In this document: positions 20,873 through 31,624 of the stretch, piece by piece | How the letters are laid out: each line of letters starts with the position of its first letter | Position numbering within the stretch: position 1 is the stretch's first letter | Origin: Oopsacas minuta | Taxonomy: Eukaryota; Animalia; Porifera | Direction: 5' to 3' | Assembly (NCBI GenBank): GCA_024704765.1 | Contig: JAKMXF010000110.1 | Coordinates: 186,001-250,000, forward strand | Length of the DNA: 64,000 bases | Position numbers and translations under genes: made by a program | Notes under the pieces: model-generated | Told to the model about the DNA's origin: nothing | The model's database searches: none | The model's input: only the letters and a program-made list of their open reading frames with translations

Positions 20873-23800
20873 TCATATAGGGTTCCATTGGGTATTGAGC
20901 TCATCCAATGCTCGTGTTCTCTCGTCAGAAGGAATATCGCATCTATCAATTACTCTAATATTAGGTACAGCTTGTATTATAGCTATTGTATAGTTAGCTT
21001 TACGAGAAATAGGATTATTAATAAAACTAATTTCTATAAGCAAGGTGAGATCAGTTAGTTTAACTAATTCTTTTAAGTCAAGGATTCTGTTGTTACCTAG
21101 AAATAGTCTGTGAAGTGAAACGAGAGCACTCAGGTCTGGGAGATATCTGAGACGATTCTCTTCTAGATGTAGTTCTAGAATATTCTTTAAACTAGCTATA
21201 TCCTTTTCAGCTATATACTTTATTTTATTTCTATCTAGTACTAGTTCTATCAAAGATGGTAATTCTTCTAATCCTTCTAGACTACTGATATCATTATTCT
21301 GTAGGAACAGAGCTTTAAGAGAAGGAAATCTATGCAATTGTAACGGACCTAGGTTAGCTATAGTATTACTAGCTAACTGTAATACATGCAGGTTAGTCAG
21401 AACTGGATATTGTACATCATCATGTGTAGAATGAAGTGACGTAATTTTATTGCTGTTTACACAGAGTATTCTCAATCTATTCAACTCCAGGAGACCCTCT
21501 AGACTAGTCAGCTGATTATTCTCCAGGTTCAGAGAACGTAGATTATCAAGAGATTCAATAGGATCTAAATCAAATGATTTAATGCTCTGGTTAACTAAGC
21601 TCAATTCACGTATATTAGAGAAATTACTGTGCCCAATACGTTCTGCTATTGTACTGAGTGCTAGCTTACCTCCGTACATTTCTCGGGCTAGTATTAATTC
21701 GTTTGTTTTCACAAGTTCGTTATTGAAACAGCGAATATTAGGAAGATGGAAGAAACAGAAATATCTGATTTCATTACTCTTCTTGATAATACTAACCTCT
21801 GATATATTCAGTACAATTAGTGACGTATTATGTTTTAAGTGTAATATCTCTCTCAGGGAGTGTATAGGATTAGCAATAAGAGAAAGGTACTGTAATGAAC
21901 TGTAGGCATTTGAATTCTGTAAGGAATATATAGAGTTATGGTTAAGAATCAGGGATATGAGGTTCAAGTGTTTCGTAGTTGTGCGAGGGAGAGAAGTGAT
22001 TTTATTGCTAGAACATGATAATTCCTGTAGATTAGTAAGATAGTCTATTCCTTGTATATTTGTTAATATGTTATAATCTAGATTGAGTTCTATAATATTA
22101 ACACAATTAGATAGACCGTGTAGTGACGTCAATTGGTTGTGAGATAGATCAACGTATTTTAAGTTAGGCATGTTGAAGCTAATGGGCAGTGCATGTACTC
22201 CTCTGCTTTGTAGCTTCAATGTTGTTACAGAGAGATGCCAATTGTAATCTTGTGTTGTCAAGCAGGAGTTCGTATTAGGAGGAGGACATTTGCATAGAGT
22301 TAAGTCAGTTGATGTATCTGCGGTTACAGAGTCTTGGGATATCTGTGGACTGTGTTCATTGAAAATAGAATTAACAATATTTGAATACTCAGATACAGAA
22401 GCTGAATTAAAAGCTCTTAAGCCTGGAAATGAAATAAATGTTTGTTGAATTATCCATTCATTATTATTTACCTGTGTAGCATTGATATCGAAAGATTGTG
22501 TAGATGGTAAGAACGGATTCATGTAAAGAGATAGATCGAGGAGAGAAGGCATATAAGCCTTTAGGTTATATAGAAGAGATTGTAAATCTGTGAATAGATT
22601 CCAACTTAGGTTAAGTGTGGATATTGAATAAGGGTTTATACTATCAATACATTGAATAGAGTTATAGCTAATATCCAAATACTGTAGTTTAGGAGCATCG
22701 AGATCAGAAATAGAGGAAATACGATTAGATGCTAGACATAGAGCAGTGAGGTTAGGGAACAAGTTAAAGCACTTGACAGAGTCTATCTCACAAGCTGGTA
22801 GGTATAATGACGTGAGTTGATGAGAGGAAATAGCAGAGTAAAATACAGCACGTAATGATATAGGAGTAGGACATATGATGTTATTCAATGGAGAATATAT
22901 CGTATTAAGGAGTACCTCATTTATACTAACAGGTAGATGTGTTTGAGAAGTAGAATTCAGAGATTTCAATACAGTTTGTCTGTCTATGTCAATCAATTCT
23001 ATAGAATTTTCACTCAGTTTGTATTCATATGTTATCAAGTATTCAGGTACTATTAAATCTCTATCTTGTATAAGGAATATACGTTGGTCATCACAATAAC
23101 ATTCTGGAACGAAATCTTGAGAATTATTCTGATTATAGAATTTTGAAATGACAGCTGAGTTGTAATATGAGAAATTAACCTGTTTAGCTTCAGTTATATC
23201 CTTAATCTGTTTGGTACGACCTAAAAATACCTTACATAGTAAAGCAGAGCCCTTCTTTATATCAGATTTAGGCTGAGACTTGTTACTAATTAATCTTTGT
23301 AGATCTGCTTCATAAACTGAATGAGTTAAAATGAAGAAATTTGTATGTTTATTAAGTCGTATACAAGGTAATCCATCCTTGCATAGTAGTGAGTGTATTC
23401 GTGATTGATCGATATTAGAAGTAGATTGTAAGAATAGATAATCAATAGTAGATAGTATGGTACTGTGTGGATTGGGATCTGAACGAGTACGTTGGTCTCT
23501 ACCAGCTATTGATAGCAGTTTATTTTCAAATCTGGCATGTAGAGAAGGATTCCTAACTTGGTATACGGCCTGTACAGATAGCCCTTTGATACCAAATTGA
23601 TGTACTCTATCTGGGGGCGAGGGGGCGAGGAGATCGATACAAGCTTTATACCAGTCATGCTCAGGTGTACTAGGAATAAACTCAATATTACCAGCTGTTG
23701 AATACTCAAGTTCTAGACGAGTGAGTGACAAGTGACAAATGTCAGTTGTCACATTGACAGCCTGTTGATATGCAGTATACAGTTTTTCTAATACTCCATT

Positions 23801-24805
23801 TAGACATGACAATATGCTATCAATATTCTCTTTCCTACTGGAAACATCCATACTCAGTAAAGCACTATCAAAATCAGCTTCAAATAAATTTCGTGTGACG
23901 TCATCTTCTAGAGATTTTAATACACCTAAATCTGCTACAATATTATGTCTGAGTGTGTAGCAATTTGATAAGATGGATTGTTCTACTTGCAATAAGTCGT
24001 GGATAAACACGCGAAAATCTTCACTTACTTTTAGCTTTTTTAGCTTGTAGTATAGTATCTTGTTGTTGATTATTTCTCTCGCAGTTTTCACCAGTTTGTC
24101 GGTTACAGGGAATTTATCAAAATATTTTAGATGTGGAAAATGGAATAACATCAATGTCGTGTAATTCCGCATTTTCGCAAGTGGACATTGTGAGTATTGA
24201 GGATCGGCCAGACTGAATGAGGTAAGAAAATTCGCGTTTTTCAATACTCTAAGTGTTTCGAAACTAACAATCGGGTTACCGGATAAGTTGAGCGATACAA
24301 GACTAATATTTCCATCCAAAGATTCTCCAATATTATCAATATTATTATTAGCTAAGTCAAGTTCTAGCAATTCTTTCAAATTTTGCAATTCTTCTATTTT
24401 ACTAATACAGTTATCTGCTAATGATAAAGTCTTCAACTTTGTGAGTTGTTGTATGTGTTCTATTCGAGTTATCTTATTCCCGTAGAGATAGAGATGATGT
24501 AATTTTCTACATTGCTCTAAGCCTTCAATCTTGTCAACAGCTGTCTCACATATCCATAATTCACAGAGCTGAGTGCAGGCCTTTAAACAGTCAATCTTGC
24601 AAACATTTTGGTTTACAATGTATAAATGAGTAAGGTTAGGGAATAAATGGTATCCGTACATGGCAGGTACGCCGAAAAAGAACATTTCTAAGAGAGTGAC
24701 GTCAGGATAGAGAGCTATTTCTCCTTCTGCAGGAGCTATTGTAGGTATACCATTAGCGTGTAATAGTTCTGATAGTAGCTTGTGGTTGTTATACTCAGTA
24801 TCCAT
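20873..24805 (-). CDS. LRRC9: Leucine-rich repeat-containing protein 9 (LRR blocks flanking a central PARP-like domain), intronless
   Basis: 1310 aa. N-terminal 'LEMFFFGVP..LFPNLTHL' LRRs; central VQAVYQVRNPSLHARF...LLCKVFLG...LIVPEYLITYEY ART-like segment; C-terminal LRRs with LRR-cap (IDRCDIPSDER). Confidence 0.85.
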   Translation of the reverse strand: MDTEYNNHKLLSELLHANGIPTIAPAEGEIALYPDVTLLEMFFFGVPAMYGYHLFPNLTHLYIVNQNVCKIDCLKACTQLCELWICETAVDKIEGLEQCRKLHHLYLYGNKITRIEHIQQLTKLKTLSLADNCISKIEELQNLKELLELDLANNNIDNIGESLDGNISLVSLNLSGNPIVSFETLRVLKNANFLTSFSLADPQYSQCPLAKMRNYTTLMLFHFPHLKYFDKFPVTDKLVKTAREIINNKILYYKLKKLKVSEDFRVFIHDLLQVEQSILSNCYTLRHNIVADLGVLKSLEDDVTRNLFEADFDSALLSMDVSSRKENIDSILSCLNGVLEKLYTAYQQAVNVTTDICHLSLTRLELEYSTAGNIEFIPSTPEHDWYKACIDLLAPSPPDRVHQFGIKGLSVQAVYQVRNPSLHARFENKLLSIAGRDQRTRSDPNPHSTILSTIDYLFLQSTSNIDQSRIHSLLCKDGLPCIRLNKHTNFFILTHSVYEADLQRLISNKSQPKSDIKKGSALLCKVFLGRTKQIKDITEAKQVNFSYYNSAVISKFYNQNNSQDFVPECYCDDQRIFLIQDRDLIVPEYLITYEYKLSENSIELIDIDRQTVLKSLNSTSQTHLPVSINEVLLNTIYSPLNNIICPTPISLRAVFYSAISSHQLTSLYLPACEIDSVKCFNLFPNLTALCLASNRISSISDLDAPKLQYLDISYNSIQCIDSINPYSISTLNLSWNLFTDLQSLLYNLKAYMPSLLDLSLYMNPFLPSTQSFDINATQVNNNEWIIQQTFISFPGLRAFNSASVSEYSNIVNSIFNEHSPQISQDSVTADTSTDLTLCKCPPPNTNSCLTTQDYNWHLSVTTLKLQSRGVHALPISFNMPNLKYVDLSHNQLTSLHGLSNCVNIIELNLDYNILTNIQGIDYLTNLQELSCSSNKITSLPRTTTKHLNLISLILNHNSIYSLQNSNAYSSLQYLSLIANPIHSLREILHLKHNTSLIVLNISEVSIIKKSNEIRYFCFFHLPNIRCFNNELVKTNELILAREMYGGKLALSTIAERIGHSNFSNIRELSLVNQSIKSFDLDPIESLDNLRSLNLENNQLTSLEGLLELNRLRILCVNSNKITSLHSTHDDVQYPVLTNLHVLQLASNTIANLGPLQLHRFPSLKALFLQNNDISSLEGLEELPSLIELVLDRNKIKYIAEKDIASLKNILELHLEENRLRYLPDLSALVSLHRLFLGNNRILDLKELVKLTDLTLLIEISFINNPISRKANYTIAIIQAVPNIRVIDRCDIPSDERTRALDELNTQWNPI

Positions 24806-25010
24806 ACTGTGTTAAAATCGAACTTAAAGATTATTCTGAAACAAAAAGATTACTACTGTAAACCCCGAGCTAACAGGTAAAATGGAAGCAAGTAAATTTG
24901 AATTAAAAGAATGAATGAAGTTGAAATTAAAGTTAGAATCAAATACAAAGAGTAAGAAGAAAGAAGAATATATATGAATACGAAATATAATAAAAAATTA
25001 TAAACAATAA

Positions 25011-25136
25011 TTGTACACGAGGTTACTTATACACGAAAAAGGGTTAATTGTAAACGAAGGAAGTTCATTGTACACGAAAAGGATTATTTGTACACAGAAG
25101 GGGTTAATTGTACAGGAAAGAGGATAATTGTCTACT
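25011..25136. repeat. Degenerate ~20-21-bp minisatellite, about 6 units
   Basis: Units resemble ttgtacacgaaaa(a)gggttaa; a related pair recurs at about 26278-26310. Confidence 0.75.
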
Positions 25137-25582
25137 ATCTAGTGTAATTGTACATTTTACAAGTTCAAACTTGATTGAAAGGTACTAATACTAAACAGCT
25201 TATTGATGTGCAATGCATTTTACTCAAAACGAGTTTAGTATAAATGTTCATAGTGTTAACTTTGTTTTCTTTCCTTATGTCATTTGTTCTTTATCATGTT
25301 TTTGATGATGTTCTACTCTTTTAAGTTCATATATTTGATTCCCTGTTTTCTCATATATCTATTCGTAGTGATATGACAGTGCCTAGTACATTCTTTCGAA
25401 AGTTTGTTTTACTTGGTTATTATTCATATCAATCAAATATTTCTCCGAGTTCTTCATGTACATTTCTTGTCTTACCATTGTTGCTATATTTGATGGGTAT
25501 ATAATGCTACATGTTGCTTTCATTCTCTTTTCTATGAGCCTTTGGCTCGTCGCTTCGCGATGAACTCGGGGTATTGGCCTCG

Positions 25583-25622
25583 ATTTCAAGTTTCTCATAT
25601 TTACATATGAGAAACTTGAAAT
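25583..25622. repeat. Perfect 18-bp inverted repeat with 4-nt loop
   Basis: atttcaagtttctcatat-ttac-atatgagaaacttgaaat. Confidence 0.95.
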
Positions 25623-25970
25623 TGCGAAATTCTGGTTCAGCGTATTGTGTTACCCCTGGGTAGCCGTTTAGAGCAACCCTGTACGTATATTTTGAGATTT
25701 GGAGAATTTGTTTACTTCATATTCATAAAAGCAAAAATAAATTTACATATTATGAATCCAAAAGTGTGAAAATCGGATTCAGAATATCCGAAATATATTT
25801 AGTGAAGTTTGATGAAATTCTATTAACTTACTTGATAAACAGGAGAATTACATAGTTAAGCGACAATTTCAAAATAGCATACCGAAAATCCATTGTTTGA
25901 CAACATAGAAACAAACAAACAAACAATCAATGAAATTCAATACAATAGATTCTTATCCGTGTCTTAAAAT

Positions 25971-26060
25971 TTCCAACAGTTTCCAGGAGTTTCCCGCAGA
26001 TTCGCACAGTTTCGCACAGTTTCCCACAGTTTCCAGCAGTTTCGCATAGTTTCCAGCAAC
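25971..26060. repeat. 10-bp tandem repeat, 9 units
   Basis: ttccaacagt ttccaggagt ttcccgcaga ttcgcacagt ttcgcacagt ttcccacagt ttccagcagt ttcgcatagt ttccagcaac. Confidence 0.9.
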
Positions 26061-26218
26061 ATATAGTGGATATTTGTTTACTTTTAGGTACATAAAGCAA
26101 ACAAACTTTAACATTATGGTAGATTCATACTTTCAACGACTATACTGGGTAATCGAGTATACTGAGCCTGAATATAATATTGTATACAACATATAGTGAA
26201 TATTTGTTTACTTTTAGG
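26057..26218. repeat. 32-bp direct repeat pair, 130 bp apart
   Basis: caacatatagtg(g/a)atatttgtttacttttagg at 26057-26088 and 26187-26218. Confidence 0.9.
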
Positions 26219-26413
26219 GAAATATGTAATTATGTTTATTTTTGTTCATTAATTGCCCAAATACAATTAACCACTATACGAAAGAGGTTAATTGTACACA
26301 AAAAGGGTTAGATATCGCAGTAAAATGAATGGGAACTAAATTCATTGGGAAATAAGTAGAAGTAATATGTACGTCTTTGTCGAAATCTACCTTATAATAA
26401 AATGAGTCAGTTA

Positions 26414-26480
26414 CAGAGGACTCCGCTTGATAGGGTCCCATCGGGACCACCCATTTTGACCCCGATTAACCGGAGTAGAT
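26414..26480. mobile_element. pogo-like MITE family C fragment (related copy at 36096-36170, opposite strand)
   Basis: TA|cagaggactccgctt...ccattttgaccccgattaaccgg versus the reverse complement of 36096-36170, cagtagaatccggttaat...ccattttggcccgattaatcg. Confidence 0.45.
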
Positions 26481-26620
26481 TAAGCGCTATTTGTATTGTC
26501 TACTGATTTAAAAGAGGTAACATTCGAATAAAGAATATAGCTTCAAAAGTTCTATCGTTAAGCAACAAAAAAAATTTATTATTACTAAATAATGATATTA
26601 GTCAATAAGTGATATTAAGT

Positions 26621-28774
26621 TCAAAGTTCACACCTCTGAGACCTATTCTTCTGTATTTCAGCACATCGACTATTATACTTCTTCTCGTGATATCTGAGAC
26701 CGTAAGGTGAAATAAAGCCTGTTTTACAACAGCCACATAGATAGTATCGTTGCTTTTTGCAAGATTTGTTGTAGCGAGCAAAATGCCTTTTCAGAGCAGG
26801 ATAATAATAACCTACTCCCTTCTGACAGTAAGGGCAGTAGTAAGGGCCAGATCCTTGTTTGGGGATTTCAACTGCTAAAAGATTAGAAGTAAACTTGCCT
26901 AATACGAATTCTTAATAGACTGACAATAGACTAATAGTATATAAAGGGAATATCGTATATGTTCCTAGTTCGCCATTATTTTTAACCAAATAAATATGAT
27001 TGGTTCCAGACGGCGCCTAACAATTGGCTCCTCAACCTCAGCAGACAGCAGATTCTTGACAAAATGCAACTGTAAGCTCTAATTATGTAAGCGCACCCAA
27101 AAATAATAATTCCGTCTGGGGGCGACTCCTTTTACCCATCAGGGGCGTTTAACCTAGAACTTCACCTGAATTAGAGAGCGAATACGGTACACTCCTAAGT
27201 ATCGGGTATGTGCATATTAGCAAAACCTTTGGGCTTTACTTAATTGTCAAAACAAGATTCAGCAAATGTAAGTATTTAGACAAAGACGGATAGTGCATGC
27301 AATTTGGCTTTGGAGATTCAAATATTAGCACGTATTACTAGGGTGTACGCCTTATGAGAGCTATTCAATTATTATCGGAGTTAGACTGTATGTCAGGTTA
27401 CTTACAAGGAGATAAATTATCGGGATCGTTATCTAAAGAATCAATTGATTACTAATCATATTACTTACAAAGAGGTAAGGGATCATGATTATCATAAAGT
27501 GAATTGGTTTCCATTTCTCTCTTCTTCATCTGCAGTCTTTCCTTTTCTTTCTGTTTTTGCATATCAGCACATATATCATGGTATTGTTTTTGGTGTTGTA
27601 TAAGAGTTTTTAGTAGAGTATAGCCTGTTTTACAATCCTGACATGTATAGAACTTCATCTTCTCACAAGACTTGTTATACACAGTCAAATGCCTCTTCAG
27701 AGTGGGATAATACCATCCCATTCCCTTCCCGCAGTAAGGACAAAAGTAAGGACCTGTTCCTTCATCTGGTATCTTTAGATCTGTAGATACTTCATCAATA
27801 TTTCCTGTAGCATTATTAATAAAATCTGTTACTTCTATTGCTAAATGAAGATAAAATTAATACAGGAAGATATAACAAATACTCACAGACTGACTATAAG
27901 AGACTAAAAAATAAATCATGTGGACTTAGGCAGTATGGCCCAACCATTTGTGGTATTACATTGATTGCAACCTTTTCCATAAAAGACATTGCTCCGAGTT
28001 TCAGCACGAGTATATAAGTTGATAACAAACAAATAATTACTGATGAGTATGTCATGTCACTTACAAGAAGTTAAGTTATACGTTCCTTCTTCAGGTATCT
28101 GTATTTCTGTAGAGAGAATATCTCTATCAATATTATTGATAACATCTGGAGTAGATTCTGTTACTTCTACTGCTAAGGGAAGTTGAAATTATTACAGGAA
28201 GAGTTGTCTATAATGAATATCAAGCCAAGTGATTGATCAATAGTGCATTATATGGATCAATGCTATGTACTATGTAAATACACTCTAGAAATCTGGGGTG
28301 TCGGTAAACAAGCAAGAACTTACTTGAATGCGAAAATCAGATTATGCGAGTTAATCAAATTTAATGGTATTCGAAATTTCGAAGTATATATCTACTTTTA
28401 TGATATACGCTGATGAATACTATTTAAGTACAAATAACCTTGATTCTTCTAACGAACAATAATTCCTGATGAGTAGATAGGTCACATTACTTACAAGGGG
28501 AGAAGTTACAAGGATCAAGATCTCCCTCAAGAATAGTAGTATCCATCTCTTCCCCATAATAATCAGGGTCTTCTCTCTCCTCATCTGTATCTCTAGTATA
28601 CTCGTCATCAGAGAGTTTAAAATAATCATAGAATGCTTTCCTCTTTTTAGCTGAAAATGTTTCAGGTTTTATTCCGTGTTTAATACGGAAGTGTGTAATC
28701 ATGTCATCAGCTGTTTTTGTTCTAAATCCATAACATCTGACACAATCATACTTCACTCTGCGTAAATTAGGCAT
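26621..28774 (-). CDS. Zinc-finger protein B: N-terminal C2H2 + acidic linker + four atypical C2HC fingers; exons 28774-28495, 28172-28065, 27840-27469, 26874-26621
   Basis: All three introns are GT-AG phase 1; exon lengths 280/108/372/254 nt give an open frame. Fingers: CPYC-x13-H-x7-C and CQDC-x12-H-x7-C (exon 3); CPYC-x13-H-x7-C and CGCC-x12-H-x7-C (exon 4, absent from the ORF track). Confidence 0.8.
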
Positions 28775-28925
28775 CTGCTAGTTATATGGAATACTAAGTA
28801 TTTATGTATTGTGTAGCTTGACTTATTTGTCAGGACTGGAAGAGCGAGTTATTGACTGCTGCTATGGAGTAGTCAATTCAACAGAAGTTGTAATAAGAAA
28901 ATATATAGAGATTCGTTCTCAAAGT

Positions 28926-29085
28926 GCTTGGTTTCCCAAATATTTCACCCGTGGACCCCTATACCAATTTTAACAAATTATGTGGACCTCTCCCATAGAC
29001 TGCAATAGATCCTGTGGACTCCCTACTGCAGCTAGTGGACCATCAAGGGTCCATGACCTCATGTCGACCTTGTAGGAAACCGCTG
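28926..29085. mobile_element. hAT-like MITE family B copy
   Basis: ggtttcccaaa...cacccgtggacccctataccaatttta...ggaaaccgctg; reverse-complement relative of the 58434-58560 copy. Confidence 0.65.
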
Positions 29086-29167
29086 TGACTTAGAGAATGT
29101 TTTGTGTATCATAAATTACAGTCAACTCCCGCTATCGAACACGAGAGCTTTTTCGAGCACTTAAGTG

Positions 29168-29458
29168 TAGGGCATTAAGATCGTACGATCATTGATCACT
29201 CGATCACGATCGCGATACTTTTTGGACGATCTGGCGATGATCGGCGATCATTGTTTTATTAAGGATCGGATGTAAGATAGAATGCGTTGATTCTCCACCT
29301 ATGTTTCTTTTGGCATAAGAAATGATGTAACTATCAAAATTATTTGTTTTGAATATTACACAAACGATCGGGAAAATGATCGGGAAAATGATCGGGATCG
29401 CTGATCATAATTTCAGCTAAGATCGCGATCTTGTTTAACACGATCGACTAATGCCTTA
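29168..29458. mobile_element. GATC-rich hAT-type MITE with 8-bp TSD, inserted into a family A-like terminus starting at 29119
   Basis: cttaagtg|tagggcatta...taatgcctta|cttaagtg; 17 GATC sites counted in 291 bp, clustered at both ends. Confidence 0.85.
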
Positions 29459-29697
29459 CTTAAGTGTCCAAACATTAATTATTGACGCTAAAAAAATAAC
29501 TATAAATTCACCAACAATGTGTCTACCAACATCCCTGTTGGTATGCAAATCAGGTAATAATCGTCTAGTGAACCCGAATTTCCATAGGTAGACTGTTTGA
29601 GAGGATATTGCTTGTAAGTTCCTTGGCAGTATATTATCCTGAGATTCTGTAACTATGCAACATACAACGATTACAATACTTGTAGGACATCTAGCAT

Positions 29698-30934
29698 CTA
29701 CTTGTCGGATGGAATCAAATATTTGGCCTTCTTAAGTTGTTTCTCAGCTTCTCTGTCTAAATATAAGAAATTCAAAGTAGTACTCATATCTATATCTTTG
29801 AAGTCAATCTAAATACAGTAGAACTCTGATAAGACATACCCCCTCGGGAAACAAAATGCTATCTAGGTAGATATTGGATAAATGAGTGGGAACTAATTTT
29901 TGGTTTGAAAGAAGAAGTGGTATTAACCAAGTGTACGTCTTATCCATGTTCTACTATACTACTATCTTACCGAGGTATATTTGTGACTTTTCAATCTGAT
30001 GCTGTTTGCACTTACCATTAAACTTTTTCATATGATGAATCACGCTAATCTCATTATAATAATCATATTTGCAATAAGGACAGATGAAGTGTTCATCCGT
30101 GTTTTCTTGTGAACCACAAAAGCCTTTATATCTACGGTGGTGACGATCTAAATTCAGAATACTGTAACCCATACAACGACTACAGTGTTGACACCTGTAT
30201 AGTGTTCCTTTGAGGGGGCCTAAATTCGAGATAGGGATATCCCGTTCTGTGCTGGATTTCATGCTAGTAGCAGCTATAAATAGTTTGACCACATTAGTTA
30301 ATTGGCACATATTTTAAATTTTAAATAATTGGGGCATGTAGTCAACTCCCGTTATATCCTAGCCCAAGAGACCGCGATCAATACTCCCTAGAAGTAGAGT
30401 TGGATATTACCGATGAAATATACGGTATTTCGACGGTTTGGTACCATATTGTCAATTTCAAACTTTGATAAAGCAGGACTAGCAGGGATTTTGATATACG
30501 TATCTGTGTTTGATATAACGTGAGTTGACTCTATAATATTTTTCACATATCACTGTTAAATTCAGTATAAGGCTATATTGAACAATTAATTTAGACTTAC
30601 TTTTCATTTTTCTCGAGATTTTCTCTTCATCGAGAGATACTGTATTCTGCTCTGCAATCTCGTTACCGTGTTGTACATCATTATCAGTGTCTGGTTGTAC
30701 AACTATATCAGAATTGTGTTCAGTTTCTTCCTTAGAATTCACCTGTTCATCAGGATTTGAAGGTTCTACAGTTTCTGTTTGCTGGAAATATTCTTCAAAT
30801 ATTTTACGTTTTTTAGCTGACAATTGTTCAGGGAATATTCCATGTCTCTTTTGAAAATGAGATTTTGTAAGTTCAACAGTCTCAAAGTATTCTCCAGGAC
30901 ATTTCACACACTCGTAATTTATCCGTGATGCCAT
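29698..30934 (-). CDS. Zinc-finger protein A, paralog of B: N-terminal C2H2 + two atypical C2HC fingers; exons 30934-30601, 30273-29971, 29756-29698
   Basis: CVKC-x13-HFQKRHG..SAKKRK matches gene B (CVRC-x13-HFRIKHG..SAKKRK). Fingers CQHC-x13-H-x7-C and CPYC-x12-H-x7-C; phase-1 introns join in frame. Confidence 0.8.
30339..30531. mobile_element. MITE family A copy in intron 1 of zinc-finger gene A
   Basis: tagtcaactcccgttatatc ... gatataacgtgagttgactc. Confidence 0.8.
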
Positions 30935-31060
30935 TAAGATTACTTCCTATTAATCTATGATTGGTTAACAAGCTCAAAAAATGAAAATCCCGGGATAGTC
31001 AATTCGTAAAATATATATTTAATCAAGTGATACTATAATTGCAGAAATATTATTATAAAG

Positions 31061-31624
31061 CTATTTCTGCATTTCTTCCATCATAAGCTCCTTTCTCCTC
31101 CCCCTAGCAGTTTTATGACCAGAATAGTTCAGCACTGTCTCCCTAAACCATTTGAGAGGAGAACGTGGAAAAGAATACCTCACTGGATTAGGGCCACCCC
31201 CTTTCCCTCCTTTAAAACAAAACTCAGAATTAGGAGTAGGAACCTGTCCAGGTAGGATACGACAAATACGAGTAGGAAAATCTAACTTTGATTGCATCTT
31301 CTTGAATGGGAGTGGTGGTAGGTCAGATTCTGTTTCTACGATAACACGGCCAGCTCTAACCAAGGCTGCTCGGTCTACAACCTTTCCCTTACCACCTCCC
31401 ATCCTTACACCCTTAGGCTTCTTAGTTATACCAATGAATAGTCTATTTTCATAAGGTATAAGTATCTTGTGTTTCTTCTTGAACATTGTTAATAACAGAC
31501 GTATAACTTTAACGTGTTTCTGTTTGAATAGGATAGGTTTCTCTGGTACTAGGGCCCAGTTACCGAAAATTGTTCGAGGTATGAAACTTGTGGGGAGTGG
31601 CAATCCACGGAGTTTTACCATCAT
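31061..31624 (-). CDS. MRPL16: Mitochondrial ribosomal protein L16 (uL16m); the 5' end may be incomplete
   Basis: FGNWALV..., ITKKPKGVRMGGGKGKV...VRAGRVIVE uL16 signature. Confidence 0.8.
   Translation of the reverse strand: MMVKLRGLPLPTSFIPRTIFGNWALVPEKPILFKQKHVKVIRLLLTMFKKKHKILIPYENRLFIGITKKPKGVRMGGGKGKVVDRAALVRAGRVIVETESDLPPLPFKKMQSKLDFPTRICRILPGQVPTPNSEFCFKGGKGGGPNPVRYSFPRSPLKWFRETVLNYSGHKTARGRRKELMMEEMQK

Noticed and set aside
25383-25598. 71-aa minus-strand ORF
   Set aside because: No domain signature or splice partners; treated only as part of the repeat-rich block.
25011-26060. Short periodic repeats as a possible CRISPR-like array
   Set aside because: Units are contiguous without unique spacers, the context is eukaryotic and there are no cas genes.
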